DNA of 64,000 bases from Gemmatimonadales bacterium (GCA_965249575.1 OZ252244.1:192001-256000), one strand, 5' to 3'. Counted from the stretch's first letter, positions 40,679 to 52,297 are shown. Program-made: numbers and translations. The notes: generated from the sequence alone by a model not told the origin.

Positions 40679-42304
40679 GTGCTGTACTTGATGCATCAGA
40701 TGATCACGCGCGCCGCGGAGGCCGCTCCCGACCGCGAGGCTTTTCGCATGTCGGGTTCCGGGCTCACGTACGGGGACCTGGAGCGCCGCTCCAATCAACT
40801 GGCTCGGGTCCTCCAAGAGCGGGGGGTATGCCGCGGGGACCGGGTGGGTATCTACGCGGGTAAGTCGCTCGAGCTGGCTGTGGCCATCTACGGAATCATG
40901 AAGGCCGGCGCTGCGTATGTGCCGATGAATCCCGAGTCCCCGGTCTCACAGTCGCGCAAGATCATCGTCGATTGCGACATCCGGCATCTCATCGGCGATC
41001 GATCGAAGGTCTCCGCCGTCAGGTGTTTGGCCGAGGAAACGAATCTGCACTGCTGCGTGGGGATCCCCGCAGAGCAGGACATTGGTTTGGCATGCCTGGG
41101 ATGGGAAGAAGTTGAAGCGGCAAGCGAGCAGCCCACGCGCGTCGACCTCACCGAACACGATCTGGCGTACGTCATCTACACGTCCGGTTCCACGGGGAAC
41201 CCTAAGGGCATCATGCACACGCACCGCAGCGGCTTGAGCTGGGCGGAGGTGTCGGCGCGAACGTATGGATTCGAGCCGACTGACCGCATCAGCAATTACG
41301 CGCCGCTACATTTTGATCTCTCCACCCTGGACTTGTTCGCGACGGCGGTGGTCGAAGCCACCACGGTCATCATTCCGGAACAACACACCAAGTTCCCGGC
41401 GAGCCTCGCGCAATTGTTGGAAAAGGAACAGGTCACGGTAATTTATGCGGTCCCGTTCGCGCTGATTCAACTGGCGCTTCGGGGTGCGATTCCAACCCGG
41501 GACCTGTCCGCGCTTCGCTGGGTTTTGTTCGGCGGCGAGCCCTTTCCGGTCAAACACCTGCGTGCGTTGATGCGATTGCTCCCCACGGCGCAGTTTTCGA
41601 ACGTGTACGGCCCGACCGAAACCAACGGCTGCACCTACTTTACAGTCCGCTCGCACCCGTCTGATTCCGAAGGTCCGATTCCAATCGGCCGCCCGTATGA
41701 CAACGTCGAGGCGTTGATCGTGGACGAAGACGACCGCCCGGTAGCACCGGGAGAAACCGGTGAGTTGCTGATCCGGAGCCCCACCCGCATGCGAGGGTAT
41801 TGGGAACAACAGGAGCTCACCGCCTCCGCGACATACCACCGGCCGGCCTTGGGCGGTCAGGACGATGCCTTCCACCGCACCGGTGATCTCGTACAGCGCC
41901 AGGCTGACGGTAACTTGAAGCTCATCGGCAGAAACGACCGGCAGATCAAAACGCGCGGCTATCGAGTCGAGCTCGATGAAATCGAAGCCGCGCTTCTGAC
42001 GCACGAGACGGTGGAGGAGGCGGCGGTGTACGCAATACCCGATGGGCAGGGCAGCCAGCAGATCGAGGCGCTTGTCACCATCAAGGGCGCGACGGGCGAC
42101 ACCGCCCCGCCGCCCGAGATTGCCGATCTGCGGTCACACCTGAAAGACCACGTGCCGCGCTATGCCATACCTGCCAGAATCGACGCCATCGACGCCTTCC
42201 CTCGAACCTCGACAGGAAAGATCGATCGCCGTCGGCTGCAGCAACATGCGCTGCAGGCACTTGACCGCCCACCCCAATCGCTAACCCACCTCCATGAAGA
42301 GTAG
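40679..42304 (+). CDS. Stand-alone adenylation enzyme, likely L-proline-activating (PltF/RedM-like)
   Basis: YTSGSTGNPKG, APLHFDLS, NVYGPTETNGC, RTGD, TGKIDR. Confidence 0.75.
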   Translation: MLYLMHQMITRAAEAAPDREAFRMSGSGLTYGDLERRSNQLARVLQERGVCRGDRVGIYAGKSLELAVAIYGIMKAGAAYVPMNPESPVSQSRKIIVDCDIRHLIGDRSKVSAVRCLAEETNLHCCVGIPAEQDIGLACLGWEEVEAASEQPTRVDLTEHDLAYVIYTSGSTGNPKGIMHTHRSGLSWAEVSARTYGFEPTDRISNYAPLHFDLSTLDLFATAVVEATTVIIPEQHTKFPASLAQLLEKEQVTVIYAVPFALIQLALRGAIPTRDLSALRWVLFGGEPFPVKHLRALMRLLPTAQFSNVYGPTETNGCTYFTVRSHPSDSEGPIPIGRPYDNVEALIVDEDDRPVAPGETGELLIRSPTRMRGYWEQQELTASATYHRPALGGQDDAFHRTGDLVQRQADGNLKLIGRNDRQIKTRGYRVELDEIEAALLTHETVEEAAVYAIPDGQGSQQIEALVTIKGATGDTAPPPEIADLRSHLKDHVPRYAIPARIDAIDAFPRTSTGKIDRRRLQQHALQALDRPPQSLTHLHEE

Positions 42305-42539
42305 GATCACGCAGTACATCAAGGAACTCGTGCTGGATCAGGGAGACGAGGTTGACATCAGCGCGGATGAGGAGCTGTTAACAGTTGGCCTCGACTCGAT
42401 TGGTTTCATGAGGTTGATCTCATTCATCGAGGATACCTTCGGGGTCGACATTCCACCCGAGGATGTAACGATCGAGAGTTTTGGGACCGTTACGAGAATC
42501 GCGACGTACCTGGAGCGGCAAAAGGAATCATCCACGTAA
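42294..42539 (+). CDS. Acyl/peptidyl carrier protein
   Basis: GLDSIG phosphopantetheine motif; 81 aa, acidic. Confidence 0.88.
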   Translation: MKSRITQYIKELVLDQGDEVDISADEELLTVGLDSIGFMRLISFIEDTFGVDIPPEDVTIESFGTVTRIATYLERQKESST

Positions 42540-42605
42540 AGGTGACCGCTCGACGGTGCCGCGCATGTGGCTGGCGATCTGACGCAGCAACTACACGGAG
42601 AGGTG

Positions 42606-43397
42606 ATGGTTCGAAGAATCAAGCGAACCCGGGATTTCGAACTTCAGCTGCAGATTTCGAACGACGACTTCATTGCGCCGCCGAGAGAGGCCCAACGGAA
42701 TTGGCTCATCAACCGGGCTTTGAACGAACTTGCGGCAGATCTGCACGCCCTCGATCGCACAGCGAAGCGGTTTGTGGCCGGCTTGGATGCGCCGCCCATT
42801 CAGGACCGCGCCCGGGCGGTACTCGATGACCATGACATCATGGAAGACTGGCAGCTTCCTGTCATGCGCGCGATGGCGGATGTCGTCAGCGAAGCCCGCG
42901 GAGACATTCTCGAGATCGGGTTTGGCCGCGGTGTGTCGGCGGATTATATCCAGGCCCACGGCGTCAAATCGCATACCGTGGTGGAGTGCAACGATTCAAT
43001 CGTGGAGCGGTTTCGCAAATGGAAGGCAGCCTACCCGGACAGTGACATCCGCCTGATTCACGGCCGGTGGGAAGATGTGCAGGATCGGTTCGAGAAGTAT
43101 GACGGCGTCTTCTTCCACACCTACGCGCTGAACGAGGACGAGTTTCTGCAACACGTCGTCAGCAGTACAACGTTCGCGGAGCATTTCTTCCCAACGGCAG
43201 CCAGTCATCTTCGGGACGGCGGGATCTTCACCTACCTGACGAACGAGATCGACTCATTCAGCCGAGAACATCAGCGACTCGTCCTTCGGTACTTCAGCGC
43301 GCTCACTTTGCGAGAAGTGGAGGGGTTGGCGGTGCCCGAAGACACCAGAGACACCTGGTGGGCCGATTCCATGGTCGTGATTGAAGCGGTGAAGTGA
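42606..43397 (+). CDS. GAMT/RMT2-like SAM-dependent N-methyltransferase
   Basis: MEDWQLPVM, ILEIGFGRG, HTVVECN, GRWEDV. Confidence 0.75.
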   Translation: MVRRIKRTRDFELQLQISNDDFIAPPREAQRNWLINRALNELAADLHALDRTAKRFVAGLDAPPIQDRARAVLDDHDIMEDWQLPVMRAMADVVSEARGDILEIGFGRGVSADYIQAHGVKSHTVVECNDSIVERFRKWKAAYPDSDIRLIHGRWEDVQDRFEKYDGVFFHTYALNEDEFLQHVVSSTTFAEHFFPTAASHLRDGGIFTYLTNEIDSFSREHQRLVLRYFSALTLREVEGLAVPEDTRDTWWADSMVVIEAVK

Positions 43398-43612
43398 GTT
43401 GCCCAATTTTGCCTAGGCGTGCCGGGAAGTAGGTGCACTCACCCCGCCGTTCTTCCCCAACGGCCGCGCGGGGAGCACAAACGAACAGGCGCGGCGGGTT
43501 TTCGAATGCCACCGCTCGATCGGGTGTTGGTGCGTTTCTTGCGCTCCTCGCCTAGCTCCCGGATGGGAGAGGGGAGTCCGGTCCCGCGCCGGTATCGGCG
43601 AAGGGAGGTCAC

Positions 43613-44824
43613 GTGAAGATCAAGGCCGCGTGCACCCGAATTGGCGGAGTCGTCGTGCTGTCGTCGCTTATCGGGATGAGCGGATTGAAGGCGGACATTT
43701 CGTCGCCTTCGTCCACCTCCGCGGTCACCGCGCACGTACTCGGACAGAGTTACCTGTTTCTGCGCATCCACGATGACTCACTGGTCGTGCGTCTCGAAGT
43801 CACCGTATCCGATTTGGAACGCGCTCTCGGCTTTGGCTGGGATCCGGAGATCGGCGTGACCGAGGAAGAGGTCAACTGGCAACTCGCCACGATCCGTGAG
43901 TATGTAGAGGAAGGCTTCGGATTGTCCGGAGGAGCGGACCGGCCCTTTCCCATGCGGTTTCAGGATGTCGACATTCGTTTCCTCGAAGTGGCAGACTTTG
44001 TACTTCTCACTTACGTCATCGAGCCGGTCGGCCGAACCGTTGAAGAGTTGTCGATTGCATTCCCGCTCTTGTTCGAGGTGCTCCCGGATCATCGAAATCT
44101 ATTGATCGTCGAGCACAACTGGAGAACGGGAACCATGAACAGCGAAGTGGTCGCGCTCGTGTTCAGCCCTACAAGCACCGTGCAGAGACTGGATATCACC
44201 CGTTCGTCGGTGTTGCGGGGCTTCCTTGCGTTCATTCGTCTAGGGATCGAGCACATCTGGATCGGTATCGATCACGTTTTGTTCCTGATTGCGTTGACTC
44301 TACCGACAGTCTTGGTACGAGCGTCAGGTCGATGGGAACCCGCCCCGGGGTTCCGGCGAGCGTTCTTCAACATCGTGACGATCGTGACGTTTTTCACTCT
44401 TGCACACAGTGTCACGCTGAGTCTCGCGGCGCTCGAACTCGTCCGGCTTCCCGCTCGCCCGGTTGAGGCGATCATCGCGCTGTCGATCGCGGTGGCTGCC
44501 CTCGCGAATCTCGCGCCGAAGATTCCGATCAAAGAGGCGGCGATCGCATTCGCGTACGTGCTTGCCGACATCGGCCTGGGTCGGGAGCACTTGGTGCTGT
44601 CATTGCTCGGCTTCAATGTCGGTGTCGAGATTGGCCAGATTGCGATCATCTCCATCGCGTTTCCGATCCTTTTCGTCTTGCGGGAGAAGGCCATCTACCC
44701 TCCGATTCTGCGTTACGGTTCGGTGGCGCTGATCGCCGTGGCGATGCTCTGGTTCTTCGAGCGCTCGCTCGATTTTAACGTCCCGGTCATTACGTTGGCG
44801 CGACGAATGCTCGGCCTCGGGTAG
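43613..44824 (+). CDS. HupE/UreJ-like membrane protein with N-terminal soluble domain
   Basis: GIEHIWIGIDHVLFL, FTLAHSVTLSL, VEAIIALSI, FNVGVEIGQ. Confidence 0.85.
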   Translation: MKIKAACTRIGGVVVLSSLIGMSGLKADISSPSSTSAVTAHVLGQSYLFLRIHDDSLVVRLEVTVSDLERALGFGWDPEIGVTEEEVNWQLATIREYVEEGFGLSGGADRPFPMRFQDVDIRFLEVADFVLLTYVIEPVGRTVEELSIAFPLLFEVLPDHRNLLIVEHNWRTGTMNSEVVALVFSPTSTVQRLDITRSSVLRGFLAFIRLGIEHIWIGIDHVLFLIALTLPTVLVRASGRWEPAPGFRRAFFNIVTIVTFFTLAHSVTLSLAALELVRLPARPVEAIIALSIAVAALANLAPKIPIKEAAIAFAYVLADIGLGREHLVLSLLGFNVGVEIGQIAIISIAFPILFVLREKAIYPPILRYGSVALIAVAMLWFFERSLDFNVPVITLARRMLGLG

Positions 44825-44847
44825 ACGCGCCGGTTGGTTGACTACTA

Positions 44848-47800
44848 ATGGATCAAGCGGCGGCACCCGAGCCCGGGTCAGGGGTCGTGCACACGGCGAA
44901 GGCCGGTCTCACCTGGAGTCAGCTTCTTCTCTGGAGCGGGCAGGAGCTCCACCCTGAATCCCCGTTGTACAACATGGTCCTGATCTTCGAGATCATGGGC
45001 CCGCTCGACACCAAACACTTCGAGATGGCGATTCAATCCGTTATCGAGCGGGGTGATGCCCTTCGCACCGTGGTCAAATCGGTGAAGGGCGTTCCGATTC
45101 GGCGAGTCGTCCCGGCTCTTCGGTGGAGTTTAGAACAACTGGACCTCTCTGACGAACCTGATCCACCAGGCTCGCTCCGCGCTTGGGTTACACGTCGCGC
45201 CGTACACCGATTCGATCTCGCCGGTCCATTGTTTGATACCGTGCTGCTCCGCTTGGGCCCCGAACACTACGTCTGGTACCTCAATCAACACCACCTCATC
45301 ACCGATGCGTGGTCCACCGGTCTGGTGTACCACGCGGTCGGCGAGGCCTACGGTCTGTCCCGATCCGGCCAGCTCGAGCAGGCACCGGCGTTGCCTTCAT
45401 ACGAAGAACATGTCGAGGCCGAACGCGCGTTACGCTCGTCCGCCGGACACGCCAAAGCCCGCGCCTATTGGCGAGCGCGGTCGGACAGTCTGCATCCCGC
45501 AGCATTGTACGGTAAGTCGGAGGAACGACGGAGCACCGAGACAGCGCGGGTGACGGTGAACCTGGGCCCAGAACGCTCCGAGTTCCTGCGAGCGGTAGCT
45601 CACCGGCCAGAGGCCAGCGCACTCACGGAGGACATGGCCCTCTTTAACGTATTCGCAACGAGCCTCCTTGCCTTCGTGCATCGAGTCACCGGCGAGGAGC
45701 GGTTGGCCATTGCAGCCCCCACCCACAATCGGTTGAACGCGCGCGCCAAGGCAACGCTTGGGGTATTCATCGAGGTGTTCCCCCTGGTCGTACAATTGGA
45801 AGCAGAGGAGACATTCGCGGGCCTTCTCAAGAAGACCAGCACCGCAAGCGCGGGACTCCTTCGGTACGCGCTCCCCGGCGCGAGTCTGCCCACCGTGAAC
45901 CGCACTTGCAGCGTCGTCCTCAACTACATCCGCGCCTCGTTTTCACCGTTCGACGGCTTACCGATGCGCTCGGAGTGGGTGCACGCCGGGCACGGGGACC
46001 TTGCGCACGACTTCCGCCTGCAGGTGCAGGACTTCGATGAGACCGGCACCTTTGCGTTGCACTTCGATCTGAGCACGGAGCGTTTTTCACCGGCGGAGCG
46101 ACACGCGGTGGTCGAGCAGTTCCTCCTGCTCCTCGACGGGTTTCTCGCCAATCCGGATCAAAGCCTTCGCGCGCCGCCACTGATGAAGGCATCCGCGTAC
46201 GAGCGCTTCATCGAGGATCGGAACCCACGGGCGTCGGACTACCGCTCTGGCGAGACCGTTCTGCATCGGTTTGAACAGCAGGTGGCCGAGACACCGGATC
46301 GGCCCGCTGTCCTGTTTGGCGACACATCGTGGACGTACCGCGAGTTGAACGCGCGGGCAGATGGGATCGCACATCGTCTGCGCGCCCACCACTTCGATGG
46401 AGTCACCGTCGGTCTGGTGTCAGTCCGGCGACCGGAGATCGTCGCCGCGATACTCGGAGTCTTCAAGGCAGGAACGGCGTATGTGCCGTTGGACTTGAGT
46501 GACCCCATCGAGCGTTTGGCATTCATGCTCGAGGAGACGGAAGCCCGCGCCGTGCTCACCTTCGCCGAACACACCCATCGACTCGACACAACCCTGCCCG
46601 TTGTCGTCCTGGATACTCCCGAAGACGCCGTCGAGATGCGGGTCGCCGGTATTCACGGGAGCGGTCCGACCTCGAGCGACCTGGCGTACGTGCTGTACAC
46701 GTCCGGCTCGACGGGACGCCCCAAGGGCGTCATGGTGGAGCACGGCTCGCTGGTCGAGTACGCGGCCTGGGCTGCGCATGTCTACCTCGCGGGCGAGCCA
46801 CTTTGTCTGCCACTGTTCACGCCCCTCACTTTCGACCTTACGGTCACCTCCCTGTTCGCGCCGTTGCTGGGGGGCGGAAGTATCGTTGTGTATCCCGACG
46901 GCGCAGAGATCGACTCGAGTTTGATCCGCGTTCTCGAGGACGACCGGGTCGACGTGGTCAAGCTGACGCCGACTCATCTTGCGCTCATTCGTGGCCAGCA
47001 TCTCGCATCCTCCCGCGTGCGGACGTTGATCCTGGGCGGCGAGGATCTCAGGACCGACGTCGCGCGCGCCGCGTGGCAGATGTTTGGAGAAGATGTCACC
47101 ATCTTCAACGAGTACAGACCCACGGAGACGACCGTCGGGTGCATGATCCATCGCTACGACCCCGATCGCGATACCTCGGCGTCCGTGCCGATCGGGCGGC
47201 CCGGGGCACGGGCACGCATTTACGTGCTCGACGCGGACCTCGCGCCCGTCCCAACCGGCGTTATAGGCGAGATCGTCGTGGGAGGCCCCGGGGTCGCCCG
47301 AGGGTACGTCGGTCGGCCAGAGGAAACGCGCCAGCGATTTATCCCGGATCCGTTCGTGCCCGGTGGCCGGGCCTATCGGACGGGTGATCTGGGTCGCTGG
47401 CGGGCCGACGGGGACTTGGCATTCCTCGGGCGAACGGACCGGCAGATCAAGATCGGCGGGGTGAGGGTCGAACTAGGTGAGATCGAGGCAGCGCTGTTGG
47501 CGCTGCCGGGGGTAACAGCGGCCGCGGTGGATTACGTGACCCGCAGCGGCGTGGCTCAGGCCGCCCTCCAATGCGCTCGGTGCGGTCTCGGGTCCGGCTA
47601 CCCGACCGTCCACTTCGACTCGGAGGGCATCTGCTCCGTTTGCCGCACCTTTGAGCAGTATCAGGCCCGCGCGGCCAAGTACTTCCAGTCGATGGAAGAC
47701 CTGCAGCGGATCTTCGCAGCTGCACCGGGTCCCAACGAATACGACTGTCTCCTGCTATTCAGCGGCGGGAAGGACAGCACATATGCCCTCTACCGCCTTG

Positions 47801-49112
47801 TCGATATGGGGTTACGCGTCCTCGCAGTCACCCTCGACAACGGATACATCTCGGAAACCGCCAAGGCCAACATCCGGCGCGTGAGCCGCGCCCTCCACAC
47901 TCCGCACGAGTTCATTTCAACCCCCGCGATGAACGCGATCTTCGTCGACAGCTTGCGGCGCCATTCCAACGTGTGCAACGGCTGCTTCAAGGTGATGTAT
48001 ACGCTCGCCACGAAGGTAGCCAGTGAGCACCGGATTCCGTTCGTGGTTACCGGGCTTTCGCGGGGTCAGTTCTTCGAGACCCGACTCACCAACGAGCTGT
48101 TCCTCGACGACGAGACGAACGTGGAGCAGATCGATCAACTGGTTCTCGAAGCCCGGAAGGCCTACCATCGGGTAGACGACGCCGTGAACCGTCTGCTCGA
48201 CACGAGGGTGTTCGAGAGTGACGAGGTGTTCGAGCAGGTCCAGTTCATAGATTTCTATCGCTATTGTGACGTCGGGTTGAGCGAGATACTGGAGTTCCTG
48301 AAGCGTCGCGCACCGTGGGTTCGACCTGAAGACACGGGTCGCTCGACGAACTGCTTGATCAACGATGTCGGGATTTACGTGCACACCCGGGAGCGCGGCT
48401 ACCATAATTACGCCTGGCCCTACAGCTGGGATGTGCGCCTAGGGCACAAGGAACGTGACGCCGCCCTCGCCTCGAGGAGTTGAACGACACGATTGACGAG
48501 GGGCGCGTCCGGCGCATTCTCGCTGAGATCGGGTACGCAGACACCGGCGCGGTTGGGCCCGGCGAGGCTGGTCGCTTGGTCACCTACGTGGTTGCGGACC
48601 GGCACCTAGATCCATCCGAGATCGCCGCTTCAGGCTTGCTGCCGCTCTACATGGTGCCGTCCCAGATCGTCCGATTGGAGCAAATCCCGCTCACGAGGAA
48701 CGGAAAGGTCGATTACGCCGAACTTCCCACACCTCCGCAGCAACGTCCCGAGCTCACGACTGTGTACACGCCGCCGCGGAACGACACAGAGGCATGGCTC
48801 GTTGATGCGTGGGTGACGGCGCTGCGGATTGATCGGGTGGGCGTGCACGACGACTTCTTCGACCTGGGTGGTGATTCGATCTCGGCGATTCAGATCGGCG
48901 CCCGCGCGGCATCTGCCGGTCTTCGTTTGGATCCGAACCTGCTATTCCAGCATTCGACGATCGCTGAACTCGCGGCGAGAGTCGCCCTACCGATCGAAAC
49001 CAACGAACGGGCCGGTGGACCGCGGCCTGCGCCCTTCTCCCTCGTTGACGAGCGTGCGCGCACGAAAGTGCTCGACCGATTCAGGAAGAGCGGGAAGCGG
49101 AAGGACAGATGA
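44848..49112 (+). pseudogene. NRPS module C-A(Asn; interrupted by PP-loop/AMDH-like domain)-T, frameshifted at about 48470
   Basis: HHLITDA; YTSGSTGRPKG; insert with CxxC and FSGGKDS; NGKVD and LGGDSI in the next frame. Confidence 0.85.
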
Positions 49113-52100
49113 CGGACGGCGAGCACGGCATCGTCGATATGTATCCGCTCACGTCCGCACAGGGTGGGATGCTCTACCACACGCTAGCCGCACCAGGATC
49201 GGGCGTGTACGTGGCGCAGTACGCCTGCGAGATCATGGGCAACTTCGACCCGCAACAATGCCGGGCCGACTGGAGCAAGGCTTTCGAACGTCATGCCGTG
49301 CTCCGGACCGCGGTCTTGTGGGAGGGTCTCGATGAACCACTGCAGGTTGTCCACGACCAAGTAGAGGTGCCATGGACGGACCGCGATTGGTGCGAATTCT
49401 CCTCGGAGGACAACGCGCGTCGATTCGAAGTGCTTCTGCAAGAGGATCGGGCGCGCGGTTTCGACCTGGCCACACCACCGCTTGCGCGGCTGGCGCTCAT
49501 CCGGACTGGCCACGACCGATACCGATTCCTTTGGACGTTTCATCACATTCTTGCGGACGGATGGTCTGCGGTAACACTGCTGGAAGAGGTCTTCGCGCCG
49601 GCCGGCAGCCGGAGTTCGTTACCGCCTAGGGTCAGGCCGTTTCGCGACTTTGTCGCCTGGCTACGCGAGCAAGATCCCGCCCCGGCGGAATCCTTCTGGC
49701 GAGGTCGACTGGCCGGGATCAACGCCCCGACCCAGCTCCCAATCGGCAAGCGCACGACCCCGTTACTCCGATACAGACGGGGCTCCGTGCAAACGGTACG
49801 GCAGCTGAGCGAATTGGAGACAGAGGCAGTGAGAGCCTTTGCCCGCACGAATCGTCTCACGCTCAACACGCTCGCGCATGGCGCCTGGGCCCTCACGCTT
49901 GGTCGGTACAGCGATGAAGGGGACGTCGTGTACGGCGCCACCGTAGCCGGTCGCCCACCATCGCTCCTCGGCGTTGACTCGATGATCGGGCTGTTCATTA
50001 ACACCATCCCGGTCCGAGTCCGCGTCAATGACGATGCGGTTGTGGTTGAATGGTTGAAGCACCTCCAGGATGATTTGCTCGCCGCGCGCAGCCACGAGCA
50101 CACTCCGCTTGAGTCGATCGCGGAGTGGACCGGGGTGGGCGCGACCCGCGCGCCATTCGAAAGCATCTTGGTTTTTGAGAACTCGCCGCTCGGGCAGCGT
50201 AATCCGGCCGAAGCTGCCGCCTGGCAGCTGCACGACGCCCGCTATCTCGACCAGAGTCATTACCCATTCGCTCTGCTGGTCTTCCCTGAAAAACGACTCC
50301 GGCTCATCGCAGTCTATGATGGGGACCGGTTCGCGGCGGAGGAAGTCGATCGCCTGTTACTGCATATTCATGCCGCCTTGACCGGGTTCGTCGCAAACGG
50401 AGGTTCGACGCTGGCAGTTTTGCCGCCGCCCGACTCCACCGAACGAGCGCGACTCCTTGCCTGCGGGACCGGGCCCGAAGCGCCAGCAGCACCGGACGTG
50501 CTCGATTGCTTCGACGAACACGTCACGCGCTCTCCCGACGCCCCCGCAGTTGTCTGGACCGGAGGGTCGCTGACGTATGCACAGCTTGCTCAAGGTGCGC
50601 GGGCGACGGCCCAGCACATCCGTCGGGCCGGAGTGAGCCCGGGGGATGGGGTTGCCATTGCCTCGATTCGCTCCCCAGCAATGCTGCAGGGGATTCTCGG
50701 CGTGCTCAGAGCCGGGGCCGCGTACGTGCCAATCGACCCGACTCACCCTTGGGCTCGACAACGTTTCGTCATCGAGGATTCGGGCGCCCGACTCCTGCTT
50801 ACGGATTCCCCTGAACTCTTTTCTGATTGCCCGGTTTCCGTGGTGCGGCTCGACCGAGTACCCGAGCAAGTCACCCTACATTCGACGGACGCGCCGGCGC
50901 GCACAAGACCACCAGGGGCTTTGGCGTACGTGCTCTATACATCGGGCTCGATGGGTAGGCCCAAAGGCGTCGAGGTTTCCCGGGACAATCTCGCGTACTC
51001 GACGGCGAGCAGGACCGTCATGTATCCGGAGCCCCCGAGGCGATTTCTCCTGTTGTCGCCGTTCACGTTCGACAGTTCAATCGTGGGAATTTTCTGGACG
51101 CTCGCGAGCGGCGGAACGATCGTCCTTCCCCGAGACGGTGCGGAACGGGACCCCCGAGCGTTGGGCGAGCTTGTCCGCTCGCACGATGTTACGCACACGC
51201 TGTGCCTACCCGCGCTCTGGGAGCTTGTGCTTGAACAGGTGCCCCCTAGTGACCTGGTGTCGCTCACCACGGTCATCGTGGCTGGGGAGGCAAGCCCGCC
51301 ATCGCTGATCGGCCAACACGCCGCCGGCGCGCCTCAGGCTCGTCTTCATAATGAGTACGGGCCAACCGAGACAACGGTGTGGTGCACCGTCTTCCCCGTG
51401 CCGCCCGGATTCGACGGTGCCTCCGTCCCGGTGGGCCGTCCCATTTCGGGATCGCGGATCTACCTTCTGGATCGGCGCAAGTGCCTGGTGCCCGAGGGGG
51501 TGCCCGGCGAGATCCACGTGGCAGGTCCAGGGGTTGCGCGGGGCTACGTGAACCTCGTGGAGGAAAGTGCGGAGCGGTTCCTTCCGGATCCGTACGGCGA
51601 CGGCGGCCGAATGTATTGCACCGGGGATCTGGGGCGGTGGTCAGCCGATGGTAATCTACTGTTTCTCGGACGGAACGACCGGCAGATCAAGGTCGGCGGT
51701 CACCGGATCGAACCCGCGGAAGTCGAGGCGGTGCTGCTCGGCCACCCCAACGTACGTGAGGTCGCAGTCGGTCTTTCATCCGATAGCGACAAAGCCGCGG
51801 CCGCGCTGGTCGCCTATGTCGTCCCAAAGACCGGAGATGCAACCGCAGCCTCGGAGCTCCGGGATGCGATTCGCGCCGAACTACCCGACTTCATGGTGCC
51901 GTCGGCGTTCGTAGACCTGCCAAACCTGCCCAGAGGGAGCAGCGGAAAGGTCGATCGAGATCGACTCCCCGCTCCGCAATCCGTTCTGTCCTCGATGGAT
52001 CGTGCGATCGTACCACCGGGTACTGAAACAGAGAAGGCGCTGGCTCGCATCTGGGAGGAGGTGCTCGACATCGCGTACTTAGGGATTAACGATCACTTCT

Positions 52101-52297
52101 TTGAGGTCGGTGGCCACTCACTGCTCGCCATCCGGCTCCTCGGGAAGATCCGCGAATCCTTCTCGGCCGATCTGACGATGGAGGAACTCTTCGCCGCACC
52201 CACGATCGCGGCTTTGGGCGCCCGGCTCGACGCGCTCCTGTGGGTACGCGACAGGGCGGCCGGCAATGACGGCCCGGTTGAAGAGTTCGAGGTATGA
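49109..52297 (+). CDS. NRPS module C-A-T
   Basis: HHILADG, NEYGPTE, SGKVDR, VGGHSL. Confidence 0.9.
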   Translation: MTDGEHGIVDMYPLTSAQGGMLYHTLAAPGSGVYVAQYACEIMGNFDPQQCRADWSKAFERHAVLRTAVLWEGLDEPLQVVHDQVEVPWTDRDWCEFSSEDNARRFEVLLQEDRARGFDLATPPLARLALIRTGHDRYRFLWTFHHILADGWSAVTLLEEVFAPAGSRSSLPPRVRPFRDFVAWLREQDPAPAESFWRGRLAGINAPTQLPIGKRTTPLLRYRRGSVQTVRQLSELETEAVRAFARTNRLTLNTLAHGAWALTLGRYSDEGDVVYGATVAGRPPSLLGVDSMIGLFINTIPVRVRVNDDAVVVEWLKHLQDDLLAARSHEHTPLESIAEWTGVGATRAPFESILVFENSPLGQRNPAEAAAWQLHDARYLDQSHYPFALLVFPEKRLRLIAVYDGDRFAAEEVDRLLLHIHAALTGFVANGGSTLAVLPPPDSTERARLLACGTGPEAPAAPDVLDCFDEHVTRSPDAPAVVWTGGSLTYAQLAQGARATAQHIRRAGVSPGDGVAIASIRSPAMLQGILGVLRAGAAYVPIDPTHPWARQRFVIEDSGARLLLTDSPELFSDCPVSVVRLDRVPEQVTLHSTDAPARTRPPGALAYVLYTSGSMGRPKGVEVSRDNLAYSTASRTVMYPEPPRRFLLLSPFTFDSSIVGIFWTLASGGTIVLPRDGAERDPRALGELVRSHDVTHTLCLPALWELVLEQVPPSDLVSLTTVIVAGEASPPSLIGQHAAGAPQARLHNEYGPTETTVWCTVFPVPPGFDGASVPVGRPISGSRIYLLDRRKCLVPEGVPGEIHVAGPGVARGYVNLVEESAERFLPDPYGDGGRMYCTGDLGRWSADGNLLFLGRNDRQIKVGGHRIEPAEVEAVLLGHPNVREVAVGLSSDSDKAAAALVAYVVPKTGDATAASELRDAIRAELPDFMVPSAFVDLPNLPRGSSGKVDRDRLPAPQSVLSSMDRAIVPPGTETEKALARIWEEVLDIAYLGINDHFFEVGGHSLLAIRLLGKIRESFSADLTMEELFAAPTIAALGARLDALLWVRDRAAGNDGPVEEFEV

